This document shows positions 53,133 to 64,000 of a stretch of 64,000 nucleotides of DNA, one piece after another; the first letter of the stretch is position 1, and each line of letters begins with the position of its first letter. Source of the stretch: Nemertoderma westbladi (Eukaryota; Animalia; Xenacoelomorpha). The stretch spans positions 9,293 to 73,292 of the forward strand of contig JAUCBJ010007485.1 in assembly GCA_032718475.1 (NCBI GenBank). Direction: 5' to 3'. The translations under genes and the position numbers were made by a program. A model generated the notes under the pieces. The model ran no database searches. It was given only the letters and a program-made list of their open reading frames with translations, and was not told the origin of the DNA.

Positions 53133-56100
53133 TTCTCATCCTTCCTGCAGCCGTACTCACTAGGTTATTGATTGCGGTGGAAGAACACCAGATCGATTGG
53201 GCGAGAAATAAGCGATCGACTAAAGATAGTTATGCGGGATACACAAGGGAAGAACTGAAGTCTATTGTCGAGTCGCAATGGAACTTCCCCGGACCCGGAC
53301 TCCCGTTTGATTTATCAGAAGCTGCCTGGGAAGACATACACAGGATGGGAGTAACCAAGGAAACCATCGATCTAGCTGTGTGGAAGAGGTCCGCAGCCGG
53401 ATACGCACAGGGATTCTTCAGCTCTATGGAGCAATTAAAAGAACAACTGTTTCAACAACCCCAAGGACCTCAAGAGCAGGGACAGCTGCTTTATCAAGTT
53501 AGAGAAAGAATTCTACGAATCAGGCTAATCTTATCGGCCTTTGAGGAGGCTTCTAAAAGAAGACAAGACACGTCGCTGCAAGTTGCCGTAAAGACTTGGT
53601 TTCAACGGGTGAGTCTCCAGGTTCAAGGAACGGCTCAGTGGAAAGCTCAGCTGGAGGAGCGCTCTACCCATGGAGAATCAACAGACGCTACTTTTTCCCA
53701 AGTGGAAAGTGAAGCGACGGCAGAGAAACCGCATAAGAGGGATGCCATTGACATCTATCTGTCAGACTATCAGCGCTTTTTAGGAGATGAAGAGTTGAGG
53801 AGAAGGTTAGATGGACTTAGCCCTAATAGTGAAGGAACCCAGCGTGTGATGGACGCCATCGATGTGGATATGAGAGCTGCGAACCAAGCTAGATTTGATG
53901 AACGCCTCCGCATCACTAGAGTCCAAGAAGAACAAGTGAAGAAAAAACGTATAGAAGACAGAAAGGCAGCGGCAGTGGCAGCAGCAGTGGCAGCTGCAGA
54001 AGCAGAAAGAAAAGCGGCAGTAGCAGCGGCAGAGGCAGAGGCGGAAAGAAAAGCGGCAGCGGCAGAAGCGGAAAGAAAGGCGGCAGTGGCAGCGGCCGAA
54101 GCGGAAAGAAAAGCGGCAGAGGCAGTGGCAGAAGCAGAACGGAGATCGGCTGAAGAAACCACCCAATTAGAATTGGAAAACATTCAGGAGAATCAAGACT
54201 GCATAAATAAACAGTTAACAGCTAGTAATATGCAGATGATGAATCGATCTACTCCCAAAAGACAGGGATATACATCATCTGAGGAAGGCGATACCACCGA
54301 TACTGAAGGCAAAGGAAATAGATCTCGTCTAAGCAGACGTAGAAGAACATCCCACCGTCAGAAATTGCCTGATTTGCCTCCAGCTGTTAGAAGGCAACTA
54401 AATAACACAAACTTAGGTAGTACAGAACCCACAGACCAAATAATTAAAATAGAAAGACTCCCTACTATAGTAGATGAGCCTGAAATAATTAGGCCTGTTC
54501 CCGAAGCCACCCTTTCGGTGGTAGAGACACCTGTACTCCCTGAACCTACCTCTAAATTCCCTCTGCACAGCACTAAGCTACCTGTGCCCAGCAGAACAGC
54601 CCATGAGACAATCCATGTCCTGGACTCCAAGCGAAATATTAATGATTTGTCGCCCGTTGTCCCTCGTCCGCCCGCTACAACGTTGGCGGCTCCCGCTTCG
54701 GCGGTCGAGTGGGTGGATGAGAGACGACGGGGGATGGATCTCCAGCTCGGGCAGATGCAGGAGACCGTTCAGCAATTCAAGGGCACAGTAAGGGAAAGTA
54801 GGTTAGAGTTGCAAGAAGTGCAGCAAAGTATCGCGTTAGAACGTGATAAATTAGTAAATACACAAAAGGGTATACCACCACCCCCGGTAACAATGTGTCA
54901 ACCTGTTAGGTCTGAAGTATCTCATGCGCAAGGTGTGGAGCCTACACGCATATATACTGCTAGCGAAGTAGAAACTCCTATAGTGAACCCTATTAAGGGT
55001 AATTATAGACCTGTTGATAATGATATTCCCTATAGACCTGATCATAATCCGAGAAATTTATATACCGATAACTCGATATTAAATAACACGATGGCCCAAG
55101 AAAGTTTTACGCGTCAAATGGCTAGAACTGAAGCCCGGCAAGTGGTAAAGGTGGGAGAGATCGTCAAGTTCAATGGAGATGAGATGAAATGGTTACCTTT
55201 TAATGAATATTACAAAGATAACATACAGAACTCTGTACTATCAAATGGAGAGAAACTTAGATTCCTCATCGAGTGCTTGGAATGATCTCCCAAGTTAATG
55301 GCGTTAAAGTTTATTGGACATCCAGACGGATTAAGACAAGTTTGGGATACACTAAACATCAGGTATGGTAATAGGAATAACATAGCTAAATATTTGTATG
55401 CAAAATTAGTAGCGCCCCGAAAGTTCATTAGCAGCGGGATAATAGAGTTTTCCGATGAGATTCAGGAGATCTGTAGACAATTAGATTGGTTAGGTAAGTC
55501 TCATGAATATCAGAGTTCTATGGTTATTGGAGCCGTGGCCTCTACTTTACCGAAGGGTGGAGTAGGTACACGCTGGGATAAGAAAGTGTTATATATGATG
55601 GAACAACAACGACGAGACCCTACCATGGCTGATCTCATGTCATTCTTAGATGGAGAAGTGAAATTACAGCTCCTAAAACAGTCCAGAGAGAAGACACCGG
55701 AAAACAAGGTAAGTAAGAAACCCGTTTCTAGGAGAAAGGTAACACCAGTGTGTTATACAGACGACGGCGAAAGCCAGACTTCTCAAGGAGAGGATAGTGG
55801 GAAAGACACTGAAAGATCTTATTATGTCAATAAAATGCCTAAAGAACAGGTAAGTAAATTCAAGTCTCGAACCAATGACAGGAGAGAACAGGTAAGAAAA
55901 ACTCCTCCTACGTCTCCTAAGAGAATTCAGGTGAGAAAGACCGAAGAAAGAACGAGTGTGCACAATGTTATCCAAAATAAGGTAAGTAACATCAAACCGA
56001 AATGTGCGCTATGTGACGGGACCCACCGTTTGAATATGTGTGATGAATTCCTGAAGAAATCATTAGCGGAGAGACGGGAAGTCATGTGGGATAAGCGGTT

Positions 56101-59100
56101 GTGTTATAATTGCCTCAGACAAGGACACCAACGGTGAACCTGTTACTCCAACACAAGGTGTGCAAAGTGCGGTGCGAAACATCATATCTTGTTGCACACT
56201 GAATTTGAGCGAAACAGCCAGAGTCAGGTAAGTGATTCCGAACTACATGTCCAATTCAGTGATGTGAACGACACTGACCAAAGTTCTGAGATGGAAGGAT
56301 TCTATACAGATGAATTCTCCGACGAAGGTTAATCCTGTTACATGATAAATACCGCAGTGTATCGAGCACTTACATATGAAAAAGACACAGACAGCGACCT
56401 CACCCTAACTACTTCTGATCGACAACCATCTTGGAAAGCGCCACCTTCCAATGTAGGAATCCGAGAATTTCCTGTAGTACAGGTAAGGGTCCACGGACCT
56501 AAAAGGAGTTATGTAGTGAACGCCCTCCTTGACTCCGGTAGTACAGGAACATTCATCGACAAAGAACTAGCCGAAGACATCTTTGCTGGACAACCCAAGT
56601 TCCGAACTAAGCTAAACATGTCAGGAATTATGCAGGTTTGGAAATCTACAGTAATAGCGGATTATTATGTAGGTGCATTGTCCACCCCCCAGGATGAACT
56701 AGGAGAACATAGTATAAGGTCAGTAAAAATGGTGGCGATAAAGAACTTCGCTACCACCCAAGTGGAACCTTATAACTGGGATGAGGACGATTTCACCCAG
56801 CAGCTGGAAATACCTAGATTCAACACCGATTACCCTGGAGTGCAAATACTCATCGGTCAAAACGCACATGAAGCGCTCGAGACATTGGAAAAACGGCCCG
56901 CTCAACCGCAACCACTACAAGCTTATGCGGGAAGAACTACAGTGGGTTGGTACTTTACTGGCCCTTCCCGTAGAACTCTCATGGAAAGATTGCCGAAAGA
57001 TCAGGTATATCAGGTAAGAGAATGGGAAGTCGAGGGCAGTGAGTTAGATGATCCAACTGAGGGAACACCATACTCCTCAGATAATGACGATGTCCACCAA
57101 CTTTTTGACGAGGAGAATGCCATTGATCTCCTTAAGGAAAACGAGACTTGGCAAACCCAAGTGAACTTATGTCAGCTCCTTCTTCCATCAGAGCGAGACA
57201 ACTATAACGACGAACTTAATGACGTCATTGAACGTTATAATGCCAAGACTCGGGATGAACACGCCGTACGATTCTTTACTCAAGAGGCTGTAGAGCCCAA
57301 TTCCTACGATAAGGCCCTATCGGTAGAGGAAGAAAGAGCCAAGCAGATCCAAGAGACAACTACACGTTTTCTTAAAGATCAAGGTAGATATGAGATCGGT
57401 CTACCTTTCCGAAAGCGAGAACCAAAGTTCGTAAACAACAGACCCTTGGCGGAGAAAAGAATTGCTCAACTACATCGACGCCTTACGGCAAATTCTTCAG
57501 CTAAAGAAATGTATCAAACGCAGTTGAAGAAGTTTATTAGCAAGGGATATGTGGAGCTAGTACCGGAAGAAACACCTATAACTGAGAGAACGTATTATTT
57601 AACTCACCATTACGTTCCCAAACCCGGTAAACCCCATGAAGTACGAGTGGTGTTTGACGGCTCCGCCCTCTATATGGGCCATTCCCTTAATTCCGAATTG
57701 TTACCCGGACCCAACTTACTCCAATCCTTGTTGGGAATACTCCTAAGATTAAGACAATATTCAATTGCTTTCGACTCAGATATAGAAGGCATGTTCTTAC
57801 AAGTCAAGGCGCTGGATAGGGATCGAGATAGCCTACGATTTCTGTGGTGGCCTGAAGGAGACCTCAACCAGAAACCGGTGGAGTACTGGATGACCATCCA
57901 GGCTTTTGGGATAATCTCAAGCCCTTCAAACGCCTGTTCAGTGGTGCGCACCACTGCGGATGACAACCAAGACGCCTTCTCTAAAGAGGTGATTGACAAC
58001 ATCAAGCGGGATATATACATGGACGACAATCTAAAGTCCCTTCCATCAGTCGAAGAAGCCATTGACGTCGCTAAAGGAACGGTAGAGTGCTTAAAAAGAG
58101 GTGGATTTCGATTAACTAAATTCACCAGCAACTCCCGTGAGTTTCTGGAGTCGATCCCGGTAGAAGATCGAGGAGCGAAAGACCTGGATCTAATAAAAGA
58201 TGATCTCCCAGAAACTAAGACCCTTGGTTTGAAATGGGACACAGAAAGAGATATCCTGTTTTTCCAACTAAAACAGCGAGATAATCCAGTTCGGACTAAA
58301 CGCAGTTCGGACTAAACGGATTTGTTTAAGTATCCTGAGCACTTATTTCGATCCATTGGGATTTATTAGCCCAGTTATATTGATTGCTCGGAGTTTAGTA
58401 CAACAAATGTTGTACTAAAACCACTCATGGGACGATCCACTTAAGGGAGAATTATTAAAGAAGTGGATGGAATGGGAAGATTCTCTACCAGCTATCGAGA
58501 ACTTTATAATTTCCCGTTCATATTTTGGTCATGTTCTCCCTATGTATTCCTATCAACTCCATGTGTTTGGAGACGCCAGCGATATGGGAATAGGTATAGT
58601 AGCCTACCTAAGGGTGGAAACTCCGGACGGAATCAAAGTCGCCTTGGTTACCTCTAAGGCATTAATAAACAATAAGTTGAAAGTTCCTCGAGCGGAGTTA
58701 AAAGCGGCTCTATACGCTACAGCCATCGGCCGGAATGTAACAGAACAGATCGACTATCCACTGGAGAAAACTGTCTATTGGACCAACGCTTTACTCGTGT
58801 TGGAGTATATAACCAATGAAGTCTGTCAGTTCAGCGTCTTCGTTACCAACAGAGTAGCCATTATACTCAGTCGCACAACAATGGATCAATGGAGACATTG
58901 CCCCGGAACGATTAATCCAGCAGACATCGCCTCCAGGGGAGCAACTCCACAAGAACTGGTAGATACTCCAGACTGGCTAGGTGGACCCGACTTCCTGTAC
59001 AAAGAAGAAGAAGAATGGCCTCCTCATCTTACTACCGCAGAGATTAAACAGGCCAAGGGAGCGGAGAAAGTCAAACCTAAAACTCGGGCGAGTAAATCGA

Positions 59101-60917
59101 AGTTATTCAAACCTATGGTAGATCTGTCTGTACTACATACTTCCGGAGACGACGCTTTGGATCAGAAACCCACAGCCACAAATAAGTCTGTAGTGGAAAT
59201 CCGTGAGAAGGATTGGAAATCTGGAATACCAGGCGTCTCGCAAGGACTCTCACCTCTTCTGCAGAGAGCGATACATCACTACAGTTCCTGGAATCGGCTC
59301 TGTAAGGCCGTTACATATTTAAAGAGATGTTTTCACCATCACTACTCCGGGATGAAGGCCAAAGGTGATACCGCTCCAATAACATCAGTGCAGGTCCATG
59401 TTATTAAAGATCTTCCCAAATATAAGATACCCGACAGGTTTCTGAAGGAGAAGATCAGTTATCAGGAGCATGAAGAAACCAACAAGCAGATGCTGAGACT
59501 CCTGCAATGCTATGAGGATTCCGATAAGTATTTCCTGTTGTTGAGAAATCCACAGATGCGCTTAAGGGATCGTTTCTCTAGCACAATGATAGATGGGTTG
59601 ATACGTGTTGGAGGAAGATTAACGAATGCTCCACTATCCTTTGACACTAAGTTTCCCATACTCATTAGAAATCTTGAAATACAAGTCAAGATGATTGTAG
59701 ACGTTCACAGCAAACTTTATCATGCTGGTAGGGAACGAGTTCTTAGCGAAATTCGAACTCGCTATTATTTTTATAAACCCCGTAGAGCTCTGAACCAAGT
59801 TTTTAGGAACTGCATACCCTGTAGGAAAGCATTCAGTAGGCCTTTAACACAGCGAGAGGCAGAATTACCTAGGGAACGAGTAAGCTTCTATGAACCACCC
59901 TTTACTAATACCAGTGTGGATTTATTTGGCCCCATTGAAGTATATCGTGCTAGGACAATAGTCAAGAGATGGTGTGTCATCTTTGTTTGTATGACTTGTA
60001 GAGCTATCCATCTCGACATGGTGAACGATTTATCTACCAACAGCTTTCTATTAAGCTTACGACGACAGATCGCTCGCTTTGGCACTAGTAACACGATGAG
60101 ATCTGATAAGGGAACAAACTTCATTGGAGCCAACAATGAAATCAAAGCTTACGTCAAAGATTGGAACCAAAGACAGGTGGACGATCAGCTACGAGTAATA
60201 GCGTCTAGCTGGACCTTCAACGCCGCCGACGCCCCTTGGTGGGGAGGAAGTTGGGAGAGATTAATAAGAAGTGTGAAGACCGCATTTCACTTTATAGTGC
60301 CGTGCCGCGCGTATCTCACCGACGAACTTTTGCGGACGTTAATGGAGGAAATCGCCGCCTATCTCAATGAGAGACTGCTTATGCCAGTCTCATCGAGTCC
60401 CGATTCCCTGGAAGCGCTAACACCCGCGCATTTCCTACTGAAGAAACCTGTAGCCATGCTCCCACAATCGGAAATCACAGACGGAGACGAATACTGCCGG
60501 CAAACTTGGCAACTCATGCAGTTGTTATCCCGTCGTTTCGCTGACCATTTCGAAAAACATTATCTGCCCACGCTACAACTTCGAACTAAGTGGTTTGCGC
60601 AGCAAGAAAACGTCAGCGCTGGAGACATGGTTCTTATAGTGGATGTAGATCTTCCACGTAAGCGGTGGCAGACAGGTCGTATCATCGAGACTCACATCTC
60701 GGATGACGGTTTGGTGCGATCGGTAGAACTCGTCGTCATGCGACGTAACTTCAAGAAACCGGGAATTGTCTTCGAGACACAGCAGCTCAATCGCCCAGTT
60801 GGTCGCTTATGTTTACTGGAAAGAGACAGAGAACTCTCCGGAAACTATGGGAGGCAAGATACTCTTCCCACGACCACCTCCCTAATCCAACAAACATCTA
60901 GGGACTCCCCAACTTAA
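53133..60917 (+). mobile_element. Decayed BEL/Pao LTR retrotransposon gag-pol (single polyprotein broken into four ORFs)
   Basis: Gag motif KFNGDEMKWLPF..YKDNI; three zinc knuckles (CALCDGTHRLNMC, CYNCLRQGHQR*TC, CAKCGAKHHILLH); protease LLDSGS; RT RVVFDGS and YMDD; RNase H FGDAS and NPADIASRG; integrase HHCC plus VDLFGP/SDKGTNF/GGSWE. In-frame stops at 55283, 56135, 56330 and 58416, and a frameshifting 16-bp duplication at 58287-58318. Confidence 0.95.
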
Positions 60918-61465
60918 CAACGGTTGGAGTGGGTGTATGACTATCTTTGTATTTGTTTTATCCTTTTATATTTATGTATATATTATTATGTAATTTTATT
61001 ATAATCGTTTTCTTTAATTTTATTTAGTAGAATGTTATTTTAGCGATTATTTAGTAGATTAGTGCAATATATATTCGCGTTTATTACTTAATTACTTATA
61101 TATTATATATTTAGTGCGACGGTGAGAAATAATTCTTTTTCTCTTTCCTTACTGTCCGTATTACGTTACAAATACGTAATTACAGTAAGATGAAATGTCC
61201 ATACTTATTAAAGTACAATAAAGCTCCTACTATATTTAAGTATTATTGGTAGGCAGAGTATTAGGAATGCAAAATTCAGATCCTCATGTCTCGGCTAAAC
61301 CAAGCTCTGGGTAGACCTTGGAAACGACTTGCCTCTTCTCACTGACATTGCTTCGTGCGATATTGCTCTCATACCGTATCTTAAATAATACATATAGTAG
61401 CGTGATGTCCCTTTAACAGTAGCGTATAACGCAAAATAAATCTGTTAAACCCTTTGAACATCTGT

Positions 61466-61750
61466 AATTCTAGTCGATTAAGATATCGCGGCACCCACCG
61501 ATATACTTGAAAGACAAATTCTAGAAGCAGTGGTTAACGTCCCCAGACAAGTTCTGGAATAAACTGGTGCCCATCCTAAATATTAATTATTAATATTTAC
61601 AAAATCTGTCAAATTTTAGATCCTTTAAAATTCTAGTCTATTAAGATATCGTAGCAATTACCGATATTCTTAAAAAGACCAATTTCCTAGAATCAAGGAT
61701 CCTAGTCCCCAGACATGTTCTGGAATAAAATTGTGTCCATTTAATATTAA
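61466..61750. repeat. Diverged direct duplication (about 125 bp, offset about 163 bp) downstream of the BEL pol
   Basis: AATTCTAGTC.ATTAAGATATCG...GTCCCCAGACA.GTTCTGGAATAAA occurs twice. Confidence 0.75.
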
Positions 61751-62548
61751 ATAATACAATTTACGGGAATAAATTTAAATTCATGTTTTAATGAATTTAA
61801 TAAATTGTCATTATTATACAATTTATAATATTCCCAAAATTCCTTTAATTAATAGATCATGGGAGCGGAGATTCACTCTATTAAGTGTATTTGTGTGCGA
61901 GAATCTCCAATATATAGTCAATAGCCGATAAAATTCATAAAATCATATATAGAGAGGATATTGACAATTAAAGAATTACTATTAAATAGCATCCCAGATC
62001 TGTATGCATGAGAATTACCCTAATTCTACCGCTAGCTTTCCATAATGTCACCATGGCAACAACCACGCTAGAATTAGAAGTGAGTTAAAAGAACAATAGA
62101 AGGCTTGCCCCATTGAATAGCATAGGGAATAAATAGCGCACTGCTAGTATCCAAGGATACATAATAAATAAAGTGACATTCTGGAAGGTACTGACTAACA
62201 GACAAATGGCCCGAATGTGTACAGTTTATGGCAGTTGTGTTGAATTTGTGCGTTCATAGGTGAATGTTACTGCTAAAGTGTGTTTACAGTAGCTAGTCGC
62301 AATTGTGAAAGTAACCCTAACACTCCAGAAAGAACCTGAAGTACATCTAAGCCTTTGGGACGGACAGTGGAGTGACTTGTGCCGGTTATCGTTGTCGTTG
62401 TGTAGCTACATCGTTGGCGAAAGCACAGCGACGACGGTACATCGGCGCTGAGGATCTTGCACTGTCCGGGGGCAAAAGAGGGGTAGGCAGCGACGCCCGC
62501 TAGCCTAATATATAAACTCATTATAATATTGATAAACTCATAGCAGAT

Positions 62549-62956
62549 ATGACTGAGTTGATAGAAGATGATCTTGGTATCAGGGAGCGATATACTCTAC
62601 CTTTACAAGCGTTTGTCGATAGCTTGATACGCGGCGACGCTGGTCCAACTACTACGGAGGATGATGGTCGTTATATCGAACCACCAATGTCCCCGGAGCA
62701 ACTTACGCGTGAATTGGATTATAGAAAGTTCACCGCTCGCTATACGCATCGTAATGGTACGTATATGGACTTCTTAACTACTGGCCATCCTATCGATTTA
62801 CACGATACGGACGATGTAGACACCGAAAGGGAAATGGTTTATTTAAATATCATACCCAGCGGAGTCGGAATGATAAACCGAGAATGGAACACGAGAATTC
62901 TATTCGAAATCTACTCGAAAGATAGAACGTGGAAGAAGGCTTGTAAAGACAAATAG
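62549..62956 (+). CDS. Hypothetical 135-aa protein, possibly a retroelement accessory ORF
   Basis: ATG start, non-repetitive protein-like composition and TATATAAA at 62509-62516. No recognisable family. Confidence 0.4.
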   Translation: MTELIEDDLGIRERYTLPLQAFVDSLIRGDAGPTTTEDDGRYIEPPMSPEQLTRELDYRKFTARYTHRNGTYMDFLTTGHPIDLHDTDDVDTEREMVYLNIIPSGVGMINREWNTRILFEIYSKDRTWKKACKDK

Positions 62957-64000
62957 AGGAGAACCACTGGAGAAGAGACAGGTGTTAATGTCCAGGGTCC
63001 ATAATGTGAATAGTTTTCCCCGGGGCACGGGTGCTCGCGGGCGGTCTCCTTCGGGAGGCTGTAATTTTCTCTTCCTTCATCGTTTTCCTGTAATTATTGT
63101 GATCAGTGTCACAATTAAAAGGCAAGAATGAATGATGACGTGACGGAAAACATGTCCATTGTGGTATCTTATGGATACTACCATATATCCTCCCTCCTCT
63201 TTACTCCCTTTATCCCTCTATACATCGCTATTGAAAATACAACATACTTCGTCCCACCTTCTCTTCCCAACGTGCTCGGAGCTTTGGGAGACGATCGACC
63301 GATCATTGCCGTATCGTGGTATTGATCATACCGCCTCTTAATAAACCTCCCATCCCTTACTATTAATCTGGATGCTCATATTGGTGTCCGCACCTCCTGT
63401 CCATGTCACACTCTGTTGATATTTATGATATCAACTTCCACCCTCTCGTTGTTGATTAGAAAATCAACCATCAACAATTTCCTTAAGTCCACAACCGTGA
63501 TACAAGGACTGAAAGGACACGCGGATAGTTTGTGAACAACTGGTACCATTGTGTGTCATAAATCTGGTTGTTCACCTCCCTAATCACTAGGGATAAATTC
63601 ATTTGGAGATAGTCTTCGAACGTTTGTATCCTCCTACTGAGATCGTATTTCTGAATATTTCAGAATGCGAAATAGTTTTTCCTCTGCTCTACCATCGCTG
63701 TCGGAGAACATATTAGGCATACAACGGGTACATGGAGAACATTCCATACCCTTTCGTTGATACTCAGCTGATTGCTCCCTGGGCAGAAGGCCGAGGTTTC
63801 TTCCGCACTATGTATGCAAATACACCCAGCGGCATTACTAAAGTACAACGAACCTCCATCGGACATCTTGCCTTTCAAGAATACGGATGGAATTTCAAGG
63901 TTGGAAATCCTATAAATTACCAACAAGTATATGGAGATCATTATTCTCGTTTATACTTTGATGGACCATTGACCGCACCTGGTGCCGTGTATAGCTTTAT

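Noticed and set aside
63015-63070. HDV-like ribozyme around the UUCG hairpin
   Set aside because: I could not identify the P1/P2/P3 pairing or the conserved L3 and J4/2 residues.

Overview
AT-rich eukaryotic (metazoan, probably marine invertebrate) genomic DNA; it is not prokaryotic. The left half (about 1-32.7 kb) holds six phase-consistent coding exons of a rhodopsin-class GPCR of the GnRH/AKH/corazonin receptor group on the + strand. Its first exon(s) lie upstream of the window, and about 0.97 kb of coding sequence is spread over about 29.5 kb. Each intron carries a different large tandem array: (TTG)n of 3.2 kb, a 46-mer, a 49-mer, a 33-mer of about 10 kb and a 37-mer. Two of these arrays are built from the exon/intron junction itself and repeat the 5' splice donor. 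A third is an amplified tRNA-like (Pol III A-box) half that ends in a single B-box. On the - strand lies a TGN38/TGN46(TGOLN2)/KCT2-family gene with an uninterrupted CDS, followed 17 bp after its stop codon by a 4.3-kb 33-mer array. Mobile DNA includes a 5'-truncated RTE-type LINE with an intact RT frame and a putative non-autonomous partner, CR1/L2-type 3' fragments, two hAT-type MITEs, a TTAA MITE, three HINE/DINE-1-like copies, a solo LTR and a decayed BEL/Pao retrotransposon followed by an orphan ORF. Most long ORFs in the supplied track are artefacts of the tandem repeats. Family assignments rest on motif recognition only; no searches were run.
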